Source: Pristiophorus japonicus
Taxonomy: Eukaryota
Length of the DNA stretch: 64,000 nt
Direction: 5' to 3'
Assembly (NCBI RefSeq): GCF_044704955.1
Contig: NC_091992.1
Span: forward strand, 28,148,001 to 28,212,000
Shown here piece after piece: positions 37,174-49,400 of the stretch; position 1 is the stretch's first letter; each line of letters begins with the position of its first letter. Under the pieces are notes generated by a model. The model did not search any database. It had not been told where the DNA came from and was given only the letters and a program-made list of their open reading frames with translations. The position numbers were made by a program, and so were the translations under genes.

Positions 37174-38499
37174 TAACTGAGGTGATGGTTAAAATAGTCA
37201 ACCTTTATGAATACAGTGGGTATCTTCTTATCAATTACAACTACAATTGTAATGGCTACAATTTTCATTAACATTTGAAATGAATTTCACACTTTTGATG
37301 GAAAACTGTTTTATTTAATTGGGTAATTATCCGCATATTGTAGAATTTTTCTAGCTCACTATAAATTTCACTAGTTTATAAATGTCATTGACTCTGATAT
37401 TAAAATACAGCCTTATCCTCACTCTCTATTGTCCATATCTTTATATTCACTATCACATATCCCATGGCATTGCTCACAGTAGGTCGAAGGATGGGCTGTT
37501 TTATAATTACAGGAGTTTAATACCATGTAACGGACAGCATTTCATAAAATATAATTGATCTGCCACGGTGTTGCTCAAAGAAATAGAAAATAATCTGTGT
37601 CATTCTTCCTCGAACTGTTTGTCACTAAATTAGAGACATTTCTTGCTTACCCACAACTTGATGTTAGACAAGCAGTCAGACAGAATAGTGGTTGTCATGA
37701 AGACAAGTAAAATTGGACTGCACAGACTCCTGGTTTTACTTATGTACCTATTTATGTACTGTAGTAGCAGAAGTGAGCTTTTGACAGGAGCAAAGTTTGG
37801 CTAAGCATAAAAATAACAGTCTCTTAATTGCTCAGAACTTGTGAAATATCAACAGGAAAACCCAAGTGAACATTGAAACAGTGGGAACCCAATGACAGCA
37901 CCTGACCCGGGCCTGAGAGCAAAGGGCAGTTCTGGGCAGAGGGAAGTTGTTGCAGGGAGAATAAAATCAGTAGGTTTGTGTCTAAATGTTGTGTTTTCTT
38001 TAAGAATTATTTACTTTTATCTGTTTATTATTATGTTAGGACTTTAATTTTTAGATTTATACAGCCAGTAGCTCTAAAGCAAAATTTGGAGCATTTTGAT
38101 TGGCGAGTTTTGAGGAACTTGTTGATTTATTGATGGTACCTTTAAAAATAGCATTGAATAATTTGCTTTTGTGGTGGTTGCTGCTTGTTAATTAGTAGCT
38201 TTTTCTATCTGCCCAGCATATGGCCTTAGATTTTGATTGGCTTAGATGGGTCATTCAGATATTTTTTCTCTTTGTGATATATGGTTTTAATGAGAGTTTC
38301 CGTTTCCATTTACAGAGGCGGTGATCAGGGCCATTAGCACTGGGCATTTACAAAGAGCATGAGCAGGACTTACCCTATGATTTAGGGACTTGGGAGTAGT
38401 GGGATGGAGGTGCAGATCATTGCTGGGTTGCACTGATTTGCTAAGCAGGCCCCCTAAAATGTTGACTAGTTAGTGTCTGATGCTGATGGTTGCCATGGT

Positions 38500-39600
38500 T
38501 TGTTGAGTATATTCAAGGTTGAGATACATAGATTTTTGGACTCTACGGGAATCAAGGTATCTGGAGATCGTGGGGGTGGTGAAAGTGGAGTTGTGGTCGA
38601 AGATCAACCACGGTCTTATTGAATGGCGGGGCAGGCTCGAGGGGCCGTATGGCCTACGCCTGCTCCTAATTCTTATGTTCTTATGTATGGATATGGATGG
38701 TGAAGGCAGTAATGAGATGATCAGAGATGACCTTATTAATGATTATGGGATGGCAAGACCTTGCACGATGATCATGAATGTGGGTGGGAGAATTTATATA
38801 CAAGGCGAAACCAAGTGAGGACAATAGGGCGGAGAAGTCAGATGAGAGAGGACAAAATGGCTATCAGTGAAGGTTGAAATCACTGAGCATCAGGAGTCGC
38901 TTAGTGTAGGTGCTGAGTGAGAAGACTTGGGAACAGATTCAAGCAAGGACGATGTGGGGTGGAGGGAGCTTGGGAGGATGGATGACAATGAGGGCTTTGA
39001 GGGACAGCTGAGAGAGGTGAGATGCTCCAAAAAGGAGTAAATACCGGAGGAGTAAGTTGACAGGCCAGGACAGGACCCCGGGATGAGAGCCACATGCCAC
39101 CACACAATGTGGCTTAGGGAACATGGTGGAATGAGTAACTACACAGGACAGCCTTGATGAGGGATAAAGAGGCTCTGATGGCAAGTCAGGCCCTGGGTAT
39201 TAATGAACTCATCCAAGATAAGGTCACGGATAGGGAAACCCTTGTTCACATGAGAGAAATATGAGAGGATGAGTAGGAGACCCATGGTGGAGCAGGGTAG
39301 AGTGACAAGGGGAGTGGAAAAAGAGATGAGAAGGGGTTTACATTGTTGTTCTGAGTGAACCATTAGATGAGTATATTGGAGGATGCCCAGCTTTAAGTAG
39401 AAAGAAGGCATTAAGCTGACCAGGATTAACTCAAGCCTAAAGTAGCAGTAAGATAGCAGGTCAGTGAGGGTATGGTGGCAAAGAGGAGACATAGGAGATA
39501 AAAGACAAAGGTATTTGGTTGTAGAATGGGGAACGGTTGATGTATCCAGGGTTGACGTAGAGCTGTAGCCCACAGTTGAATTAGTAGGACCGTTGGAAGA
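38500..39600. mobile_element. CR1 3' end (38500-38685, +) abutting an old L2-like fragment
   Basis: CR1 tail cctaattcttatgttcttatg; purine-rich decayed LINE antisense texture follows. Confidence 0.6.
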
Positions 39601-40407
39601 TCAAAACATGATAATAGATAACCTAAAATAAATTAGAATGTGATTATGGATCGCCTTGAAATGAAAATGTTTAAATATTTGCATCTCAGCATGTATGTGA
39701 GCTTAGCCTTTGTCCCGGTTCCCTCCTGACAGCCCCTGTGACTACCACTTCCAGAACCAGCTGCTGGAAAGTGACATTAAGCCGAGGGTAGAGGCAGTAA
39801 TGGCCCAGTGTGCAGCCATGGAGAGCGGATTGAGCCATAGAGGCCTTCGGTCCCTCCAATTTGACCCCCACTCAACTGCTTGTGTCAGCTTCAGTGGCAC
39901 TGCCTGGCTCCTTCTTAGCAACAGAGAGCCTACAGTGCATGGGTAAATGAACTGCAACATGTTCAGTGCCAGAGGAGTGGGCGGAAATCTGCTCCTAGGA
40001 AAGGCCAATCCTTTGTGTCATTCATACTTGCCTCGTCTATGGCATTGGGCATTGTTGGGGAACCATATCTTGGCAATTTTCTTAGGGATTGTTATTTTCT
40101 TCTGCATCTGTTTTCAGCTCCTGTGGTTAGTGGATATAATACTGACCCAGGCCACTGGTTCTTCCCAGGGACAGAGATAATCCACTAGCATGTTCACAAA
40201 AGCCATCCATCCCCACCATTGGCTATCACATTCCACACAGGTGTACCTCATGGGACATCCAGTATCAAGCTGTATCAATCAGCAATATCATAAGAGATCA
40301 ACTAATGTGTATAACAATATTATTTAAGGCTGTCTACAGAAATTACTTTCTGTTAAAACTAACACTTGCATTTCACCCTCCATCACACAGTACCCACAAG
40401 TCTGTAC

Positions 40408-40533
40408 CTCCAGTGTATTATAATCCATAAAGATTTTGCTGTACTCCTTGTTACAGAAATGAGCGCTGATCTTTCTCGTTCCTTTCTGGAGTTCTTCAGG
40501 AACACGATTCTTCTTCTTTATTTGAAGCACAAA
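40408..40533 (-). CDS. Unnamed EF-hand gene, coding exon 3
   Basis: Acceptor ...gaaaacag, donor GAG/GTACAG; 126 nt, phase 0-0; FVLQIKKKNRVPEELQKGTRKISAHFCNKEYSKIFMDYNTLE. Confidence 0.75.
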
Positions 40534-40674
40534 CTGTTTTCAATGCACAACAGGAAAAAAAAAGTCACACTCAGGAGCAGATTTCCGCCCAACCCTCTGG
40601 CATTCAATGCTTTGTATAACCTGCTTACTGCAAGATGACAACCAAGCCTGACCCTATATTGTGCTTTTTAAAAA

Positions 40675-41080
40675 TGTATTCATTCACAGGATGTGGGCGC
40701 CACTGGCAAGGCTGTCATTTATTGCCCATCCTTAATTGCCCTCGAGAAGGTGGTGGTGAGCCACCTTCCTGAACCGCTGCAGTCCATGTGGTGGGTACTC
40801 CTACAGTGCTGACTTTATCATAGCGGTTTGGTAAAACTGAGTGGCTTGCTAGGCCAGTTCAGAGGGGCAGTTAAGAGTCAACCACATTGCTGTGGGGCTG
40901 GAATCACATTATAGGCCAGACCGGGTAAGGACAGCAGATTTCCTTCTTTAAAGGACATTAGTGAACCAAATAGGTTTTTTCAACAATCCGATAATTTAAT
41001 GGTCACCATTACTGATACTAGCTTTATAATTCCAAATTTATTTAAATTCATTAACCAAATTAAAATTCCCCAGGTGGGAC
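40675..41080 (-). mobile_element. tRNA-headed SINE (5' truncated)
   Basis: Reverse complement of 48990-49400. Confidence 0.85.
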
Positions 41081-41219
41081 TGCTTGTACTGGGCGAGTGC
41101 CAAACATTTTGCATGTTTGACAGTGAAGTTCTGAGGCATGATATTTCTGTATTTGTGGCCCCCACTAACTAATAATATAGGCACTGATATCAGACTGTTG
41201 CAGTTACACAGCTTCTTAC

Positions 41220-41265
41220 CTTAGTCAACCAGATCCTCAGCTTTGTCATCCTTTCAGCTGCTAAT
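41220..41265 (-). CDS. Unnamed EF-hand gene, coding exon 2
   Basis: Acceptor tttttgtgtcttgtatcag, donor AAG/GTAAGA; 46 nt, phase 2-0; (R)LAAERMTKLRIWLTK. Confidence 0.78.
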
Positions 41266-43350
41266 CTGATACAAGACACAAAAACATGAATCAGTCGGTA
41301 TCAAGTAAATTGCACTGAGTTCCCATTTTATTCTTTATTCCCACTAAAGCTTCCCGCAATTTCAAAATGCTAATTTACACTGCAGGCAAGTCAGACTGTA
41401 ACATTTATGCTCCACAGTGGCAGGTTGTGTTTTTGACAGAGGATACTTGCTTACTGTATTCTAGATTGTCTAATTTATGGTAAAAATACATTTTAAAAAT
41501 TCATAGGAGACTCAAGGGTCCTAATACAAGTGGTAGATAAGAACAGTTCAGAGGCAAATGGCCATTGTTCCAGCCAATCCGAATATCCAATACATTTAAC
41601 GTTGTGGAAATGAAAATCGGGAGAGATATATAACACTGATAGTTGCCCAAAGTTAAAATTACTCCCATTTAGTGTTACCTATCTTATAGGTTGCGATGGC
41701 AAGTGCAGTGTGCTTGAAAGTATATCTCTTTAATCACAATTAAATATATTGAAGATCCTAAAAATTGGTTTGTTAAGAGTTGGAGCTTAGAAATTACACA
41801 CAGTTCAGTTCCGCCTGAGCATTCACCTAGGAAGGGAGATAGAATTGCAGTCGAGAGTGAAGTTTGTTAGCTCAGAAGTGACATGTAGTTGTGGGTTTCT
41901 AACTCATTGCAACTATCCGCATATTTAAGAGTATCCCTCCAACAAGGAGAAAAGTGTAAACGGTCATTGTTATAATACTGGCATGTGTTTAGTTCAGATT
42001 GTGGCTGTGGCATCCACACATCAGCCCTAACACTGCTAGAACCAACTCCCTTATCCTGGCAGCAGAATCCACTCTCTCAGAGCCATTTTGTTTAGCACTG
42101 TTAACACGAGAAGACAATGCACAGATTGCACCAACCCACGGGCAAAACTAAACCAGCGGCAATGTGAAAGGACCTAAAAAAACACACTTGATTGTTAAGC
42201 AATTCTGTGTGGATCTAGGGACATCCGGCTCGGCTATGATGCCCCCATAGTCGAATAACCTGGAAACACCTCCTCTCAAAATTTGCACATGAATAAGAGC
42301 CATTTGGTTGAAATACCAGAAAGTGATCAGCAAGGAGAAAGCACCATCAAGAGAAGAGAAAGAAAATTGCGGAGAAAATTGGCACGAAAGGGTAAAACCT
42401 TCTAATGCTTGTTCTCGTAGTCTGGTCACGATAAAGCATAAGATTTGCTTGATGGAGGAGGGCCGAGAGTAGCACCAGATTAGCCAACCAACACATAACT
42501 ATTACTCTTCACAAGTACTTCAATGGCTGTCGAGCGCTTTGGGAAGTCGTGAAAGCAACTATGGAAATGTTTTCTTTCTTTTACTTTCGGAGCTGGCAGA
42601 ACTGACAAATCTCTAAAAATCTATTATCATATTGGCTAATTTCAATCTCCTTTTTCACTGATGGACCACAAGAAGTGTATCTTTGTTAGTGATGATGCCT
42701 GTGATTAGCAATGTACCTGGTAGAATCTAATAGCTGGACACAATATGAAAAGGCAACTTAAAAAGCTTATTGGTTCAATTTTTCTGATTTACTCTTTTTG
42801 TAATTTCAAAACAATAAATCTACAAATCTTTGACGTGAGTGATTTTTAGTAGAAGTATAAACAGCTGGTTATGAGTTAGGTGCCCTTGTCTTTATTTTGC
42901 TGAGACAAGTAGAGTAGAACTACCAGATTAAAACTAGACATTTTGGGGGGGGAAGGGTTTGGTTTTGTTTAAAGTCAAACCCACATGCACTATGTTTTCC
43001 TCAGCCATTTTACATAGAACTTGCAGCACAGAAACTGGACCTGCAGCCCAACTGGTCCGTGCTGGTGTTAATGTTCCGCACAAGCCTCCTCCCACCCTAC
43101 TTCATCTTATATTCCCAACATATTCTTCTAAATTCCCCATTGGTGAATACAAGATCAAATGTCCGAGTAATGTGAGAAGCAGGTGCTGGTAACAGTTGCT
43201 GATTTATGACCATTGAATGTCTTTACGGATTTTCAGTAATGAGCATTTCAAAGAGCTACCTGAAAGCCAGGTGTTCTTTGTGACATCGAACTACATACTT
43301 GACCCGTTGGGTAATCAGCATTCAAATCAGATTTTCCGTTCTGCATTTAC

Positions 43351-43394
43351 CTTGTGGCTGGGTCAGTCTCCTGAACATCAGCTTTCTTCTCCAT
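43351..43394 (-). CDS. Unnamed EF-hand gene, first coding exon (full exon 43351-43473 includes 5' UTR)
   Basis: Strong acceptor ctttgctttcctcag at 43474, stops in all frames before ATG 43394, MEKKADVQETDPAT, donor AAG/GTAAAT, phase 2 matching exon 2. Confidence 0.7.
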
Positions 43395-44159
43395 TTATCA
43401 CGATCCAGCAACGGTTCAGATTTATAACAGAATATGGTGGAACCTTATGTTACACAATCTATTTACGACGACACTGAGGAAAGCAAAGATTTGTGTTCTA
43501 ATATATTAATTGCATCACATGATTTTTACCAACATTTCTGTTTGTGGGGCATTTCATTCATTACACCTTAATTGTACATTATTTTGTTACATCTAGAAGT
43601 GCCTGCCTTCATGTGACAGGTTCAACAGGTTTTTTTTCCTTAAACATTTTTTTCACTTGCTAGCCATGGATCAGTTAGCAGAAGCTAACAGTTGAAGCTC
43701 TGAATGATGTATGAATGGCAATGTAGAGATTTATCGATAAGCCTCATATAATGTGTGTGATTGTTTAGCTGTTAAGGTATTGAGTTCAAGTTGTGGGAAG
43801 ATTCAATGCAAGCAGGGTTGTAGATTGGCCAGTTGTAGGAAGTAGATGATTGTATGTTTCAAATTACCTGTTGATATTTACAGCGGAACCTCCATTATCT
43901 GCCATAGCCATAGAAACATAGAGGTTACTGCACAGAGGTGGGAGGGTGTTCAATGTAAAGAGCCTGTATGCTTCAATAGGAGCTAATTCCATCTCAGTGC
44001 CCTGTCCCCTTAGCCTTCTGTGTTCTTCTGTTTCAAATATTTATCCAATTATTTTCTCCGTAACAGAACCCGCAGATTTTCCTTCCCTTGAAATTAATAG
44101 ATCAAAAAATACAGCGGATTCCGTGAGCAATGTGAGTAATCCGCAAGATCCTACAAATC

Positions 44160-44675
44160 CCCTGGGAGGACAGATGTACCAACATTAGCGTCCTCGACCA
44201 GGCCAACATCCCCAGCATTGAAGCACTGACCACACACATAGTTCACATGCCAGACACGAGACTCCCAAAGCAAGCGCTCTACTCGGAACTTGTCCACGGC
44301 AAACAAGCCAAAGGTGGGCAGAGGAAACATTATAAGGACACCCTAAAAGCCTCCCTGATAAAATGCAACATCCTCACTGACACCTAGGCCACCTGGTCAA
44401 ATTCCGCCCGAAGTGGAGGAAGTGCATCCGGGAGGGCGCTGAGCACCTCGAGTCTCATCGCCGAGAGCATGCAGAAATCAAGCGCAGGCAGCGGAAAGAG
44501 GGTGCAGCAAACCAGTCCCACCCACCCGTCCCCCCAACGTCTATCTGTCCCACCTGTGAAAGGGATTGTGGTTCTCGTATTGGAATGTTCAGCCACCAAA
44601 GAACGCATGTTAAAAGTGAAAGCAAGTCTTCCTCGATTCTGAGGGAGTGCCTATGATGATGATGATGATGATGCA
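44160..44675 (+). mobile_element. RTE-clade LINE 3' fragment with (TGA)n tail
   Basis: QANIPSIEAL...MPDTRLPKQALYSEL..GKQAKGGQRKHYKDTLK; ctatgatgatgatgatg tail. Confidence 0.9.
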
Positions 44676-44964
44676 CTATACCCACCAGATTTTCCTTACT
44701 GTGTTCCTCCCAGGAGATGCTTAAAGCCCAAAGTCTACACTGCTACTCTTATTAGAACAGACATATAGTGTTTTTTTAAATCTCTCTCTTTACTCTTTAG
44801 AGTCCCCAGAGATAGGATCAGCCGGGGCTACAACTTTTCTAAATGATTGGTTTTATTAACATTGAAACATAACACTTTAACAGATAGAGATGCTTATAAC
44901 CTAGCTCAACAATGCAACGCGAAACTCTGACTGGTCAAAGTCTTCTGTTTTGGGAGACTGAGGT

Positions 44965-47900
44965 TGTTATGTCTGTAGATGCTCTGATAATGACTCCACG
45001 AGGCAATGTGTTGTACTTGAACTGTAGTGACCTTAGTCCTTTATTGATAACTCCAGAGTGAGGATCACACCTGGTGGCCTGCCTTTTATACTAGGCCAGG
45101 CACACCTGTACAGGTAACCTGCAAGTCTCCCACTGCGGTGCCCTCTGGTGGCATATCTTGTAATAGTACAAACAGTAACCGTGTAGGATACATGACATCA
45201 CTCTCCCCCAAGCCTTTCATGCAAATCGCCTCTGCATTGACTGTGCTCTGGGCTTAGCTCTATCTGGTTGACCCTTGGCGGGTCGTTTCTATCTTGGGTG
45301 AGTGGTTGGTGTTTCGTTAGCAGTGGCGTGCTGGTGGTTGCTATTTGTGTGTGTCCATGACCACTCCATTCTCTCCCCCCCACATATAGATTATGCTGGA
45401 GGCTCATTACATTCATATACATTCAAGTCCAAAAAAACAAGTTTGCATTACATTTGTGATTCAGTTGTGAGGCAAGTACATTCGACTGGTGAGATACATT
45501 ATTGATGCATACTGGGGATCAGTATATAGGGACAAGCTAGTTCCAGAACTGCTGGATGGTGTCCAGGCAGTCTGGTGGTGGCGCGGTGCCCAGTGCTGGC
45601 AGTGGGAACCTGGTTGGCTCAAGTTACCTACTCTCAGGGCTTTTGCCATTGCTCCTAGCGTCGGGCAGGTTCACAGATACCTGTGACCTTCCTGTCCTTT
45701 CTTTGCACCCTGGGTCGCTACTGCTCCCTGAGGAGCTGTCATCAACCAGTTCACAGGGAACTGCTGACTCACTTGCCTGGTTTGGGACCCTGGCTGATCC
45801 CGGTCCCCTTTGGGAGAACTGTTGCGGGTGACCCTTCGTTCCCGGGTATGGCCTTGGTGGCGATGGGGTCTGGGGGCTGCGCCTTAGCTCTTTCAGGCTC
45901 ATGGCGGTGGTGCCATCGGGTGCCTGAGAGGTGGAGCCGATCAGGGGCAGGGTATCGATACCGGTGCCGTTGCTCTGCAGCTCGTATATATTAACTGCTT
46001 GTGGCCACACGCCATGATGCATAAATCTGGTCCCAGGGATGCAGATTATTACCTTGGGTAGCTCCCTGGACCTGTGTGCTCCCGATGGGTGTCTGCCCGC
46101 TGCATTGACTGAGTGCAGTTAAAATCCTACATCGCACAACGTTTCATTACTCATTGTAAATAACCTATAGCTCCGATCACAATTGCGCACCTTTTCTTTG
46201 CTTATTGCATGCACACAACTCTGATCATCAATTGCACATTTTACATCTAACTCACAGTTGCTCTTACACTGTTTGGAAATGTGGAACTGTTCCTTTAATT
46301 GTGATGGGTTGCAGGCCTCCTTTAAGAGAGCCTTGTTATCTTTACCCCAATCCTCTTCTCCGTTTGGTGCCACATGTTGCTCCATCAGCGCTGCACCTCG
46401 TGATCTGGCCACCGCCATATTTTTCTTCAGCGCATCACCTCGTGGTGCGGGCGCCATCTTTCCTCCATTCACGATGTCGACTGCGGTGATCCTCTTCTCC
46501 GGGTTCTGCCACCGAAGCTGGGAAGTCGCCTTTGGATCCGATTTTCTTCCTCCGGAGTCCTGCCACTGGAGCCTGGAAGGTGCGTTCGGGTCGTCTCAGC
46601 TGGATCATCTCCACGCAGTCGTGCTGCGCGGTCTGTGCCCCAGGTGCTGTGCTGGTCTGCTCTCTGGTGCCGGGTCCACCCTCAAGTGAAGGCTTGCTTT
46701 GCCTCCGAGCGCGGAGGATGTCGATCGTTGGAGGGATGAAATCTTCCCACTTCCAATGGATCTTCTCCATCCACCTTCTGCCGAGCAGCATTGGTCCATC
46801 ACCTGTAACAATCCACAGAGGTAACTTGTGCACCACACCATCATGGAGTACCTTTACATCCGCACTACCAACAACTGGGATAAGTTCATCGGTGTAGGTG
46901 CGCAGCTTTGCCTGAACTGGGACTAACTTGGGTCATTGAGTTTGATTGTCCCATAGCCTCTCAAAGGCTTCTTGATTCATTCCTGACTGGCCCGTCCCCG
47001 TGTCCACTTCCATGAAGACTGGAACACCATCTATCTCGACTTCCATCCTCAACAGGGAACACTCGGTGATGCAGGTAAACATGCCGTACACCTCATCGTG
47101 GGGCTAAGCTGCCTCTCTATAGCTTCATAATCCATGCTGGATTCATGGCCATCTGCAGACTCTTCATCAACACAGTGAGTCATATTTCTCTTACACATTC
47201 GCTGGAGGTGACCCTTTGTGCTGCAGCCTTTGCATACATAGTCTTTAAAATTGGCACTGGTGAGTCCTGTGATTCCCTCCACAATGCCAGCATGGAGCTA
47301 CTCGACAAGCCCCCCTCGGACTCTGAGTTGAGGGACTCTGAGGCCTGTTCTCTCTTCCCTGAGAAGGTTCATGTTCTACAGTCCAGCCTCTAAAAGGTGC
47401 CACTCTGTGCACAGTACTCGCCGGGTTTGAGTCCTGAGGATGAGTCATCTGCCTAGAGCCGCAGGTCGAGGTCATGAATGCCTGGCTCACAGAGATGGTC
47501 TTCTGCAATGTGACAGTGGTGCCCACAGACAGCAGCTTATGAAGAAGGTCCTCATGGCTGATTCCAATGACAAAAATGTCCTGCAGCGTTTCGGTGAGGT
47601 GGTTGCCGAAATCACATGGTGCCGCCAGCCTCCTGAGGTCTGCAGCATATTTCGGGCCGTTGGTGGGTGTACTACTGGTGTCTGGCTGTGAAGATGCTCT
47701 CCTTGGGCTTGAGTTGCTCATGGATCAGTGTTACGAGCTCCTCGTAGGTCTTGGTCGTTGTCTTTGCTGGTGCCAGCAAGTCCCTGTGGGCCCACAACTG
47801 GTTAGCAGGATAGCTCTGCGCTTATCAGTCAGTGTGTCACCTGCCAGGTCATTTGCTGTGAAGAAATGGTCGAGCCTCTGCACAAAGGCATCCCAATTAT

Positions 47901-48210
47901 CATCATCGGCGAACTGCTGCAACCCCAGTACCAAGGGTAGCCATTTTCACGTGAAGATCCGTAATCTCGTCGCCAATTGTTATGCCTTTAGATGCTCTGA
48001 TAATGACTCCACGAGGCAATGTGTTGCACTTGAACTGCAGTGACCTTAGTCCTTTACTGATAACTCCAGAGTGAGGATCACACCTGGAGGCCTGCCTTTT
48101 ATACTAGGCCAGGCACACCTGTACAGGTAACCTGCAAGTCTCCCACTGCGGTGCCCTCTGATGGCACACCTTGTAATAGTGCAAGCAGTAACCATGTAGG
48201 ATACATGACA
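44965..48210 (-). mobile_element. Non-autonomous Gypsy LTR retrotransposon (gag-pro only)
   Basis: 233-bp LTRs 44965-45197 and 47978-48210 (TGT..ACA, about a dozen mismatches); TSD GAGGT/GAGGG; PBS TGGCGACGAG; PPT GGGGAGAGTGA; decayed gag (WDAFVQRLDHFF, CWHCGGNH, CKGCSTKGH) and protease (MEVDTG, LLGRRW). Confidence 0.93.
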
Positions 48211-48911
48211 GAGGGGTTAATTCTCCATTGACATCCTGCTTGATTCTCTTCTGCTGTCTGCTGGACCGAATGCTTCTCTCACTGTAAAATGGCTACTCTT
48301 ATATCACCCCTTGCAGGCCGCTTGTGTGTTTTCTCCCCCTCTCGCTCCCTTTCTCTAGGTTCAAAATAAAATAGCCATCTTGTTATGTTTCCTTATCTCT
48401 CATTGTCCTTCAAAAGTCCACCATATCTTGAACTAAAGCTACAGACAGTGAGCAAAAACCATCATGCACCCGTTAAACTGTCAAGTTTAACAGTTCTGTG
48501 TGCTATCCTTTCTTGTGATTCATCAGTTGCTAGCCCATCCTTTACGTTTCTCATAAAAGTCCATAATCCTTCAGTTCCTCTTCAAGTGAGTGTGAGAGAT
48601 CGAACAATTCACTTCAATCATTCGGAATTGCGTTCACCACAGATAAGGTTAAGCATTGTTGTTGCAAGAAGCTTAATCACCGTGACATCTATGCAAAAGC
48701 TCTTCAAATAATAAAAATGAAAATTAACAAGTTTAAATGTATTTCCCTAAATCTACTCTCATTTGGCCACATTATTCCCGCTTGGGCTGCTTCACCCTGT
48801 CGAATAACAATCGTCTTCTACTTTCCCATTGGTGAGTAAGTCCTGTACCCAACCTTCGGAATTCACTATTCATTCGCCTCAGGGTACAGCGTTTACAGCA
48901 AGTACACTCGG

Positions 48912-49400
48912 GGGTACAGTAGCAGAGTGGTTATGTTACTGGACCAGTAATCCAGAGGCCTGGACTAATAATCCAGAGGTGAGAGTTTAAATCCCACCAC
49001 TGCAGCTGGGGGAATTTAAATTCAGTCGATTAAATTAAATAATTTTGGAATTAAAAAGCTAGTATCAGTAATGGTGGCCAAGAAACTATTGTTGGAAAAA
49101 TTCAACTGGTTTCCTTACGTACTTTAGGGAAGGAAATCTGCCGTCCATTCCTGGTCTGGCCTATATGAGTCCAGACCTACAGCAATGTGGTTTACTCTTA
49201 ACTGCCCTCTGAAATGACCTAGCAAACTACTTGTTGTACCAAACCGCCGTGACAAAGTCAGCACTGTGCGAGTACCTTCACCACACAGACTGCAGCGGTT
49301 CAAGAAGGCAGCTCACCACCACCTTCTCAAGGGCAATTAAGGGTGGGCAATAAATGCTGGCCTTGCCAGCGACGCCCACATCCCATGAACAAATAAAAAA
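48912..49400 (+). mobile_element. Full-length tRNA-headed SINE with a LINE-derived 3' tail
   Basis: A box TAGCAGAGTGG, B box GTTTAAATCCC, 3' gggcaataaatgctggcc...catcccatgaacaaataaaaaa. Confidence 0.85.

Noticed and set aside
37640-37720. Donor-bearing exon-like segment
   Set aside because: Reads like a decayed L2 ORF2 remnant (DCLSNIKLW)
48912-49000. tRNA gene-like A and B boxes (also at 63463 and 7680-7745)
   Set aside because: SINE heads continuous with SINE bodies; no full cloverleaf
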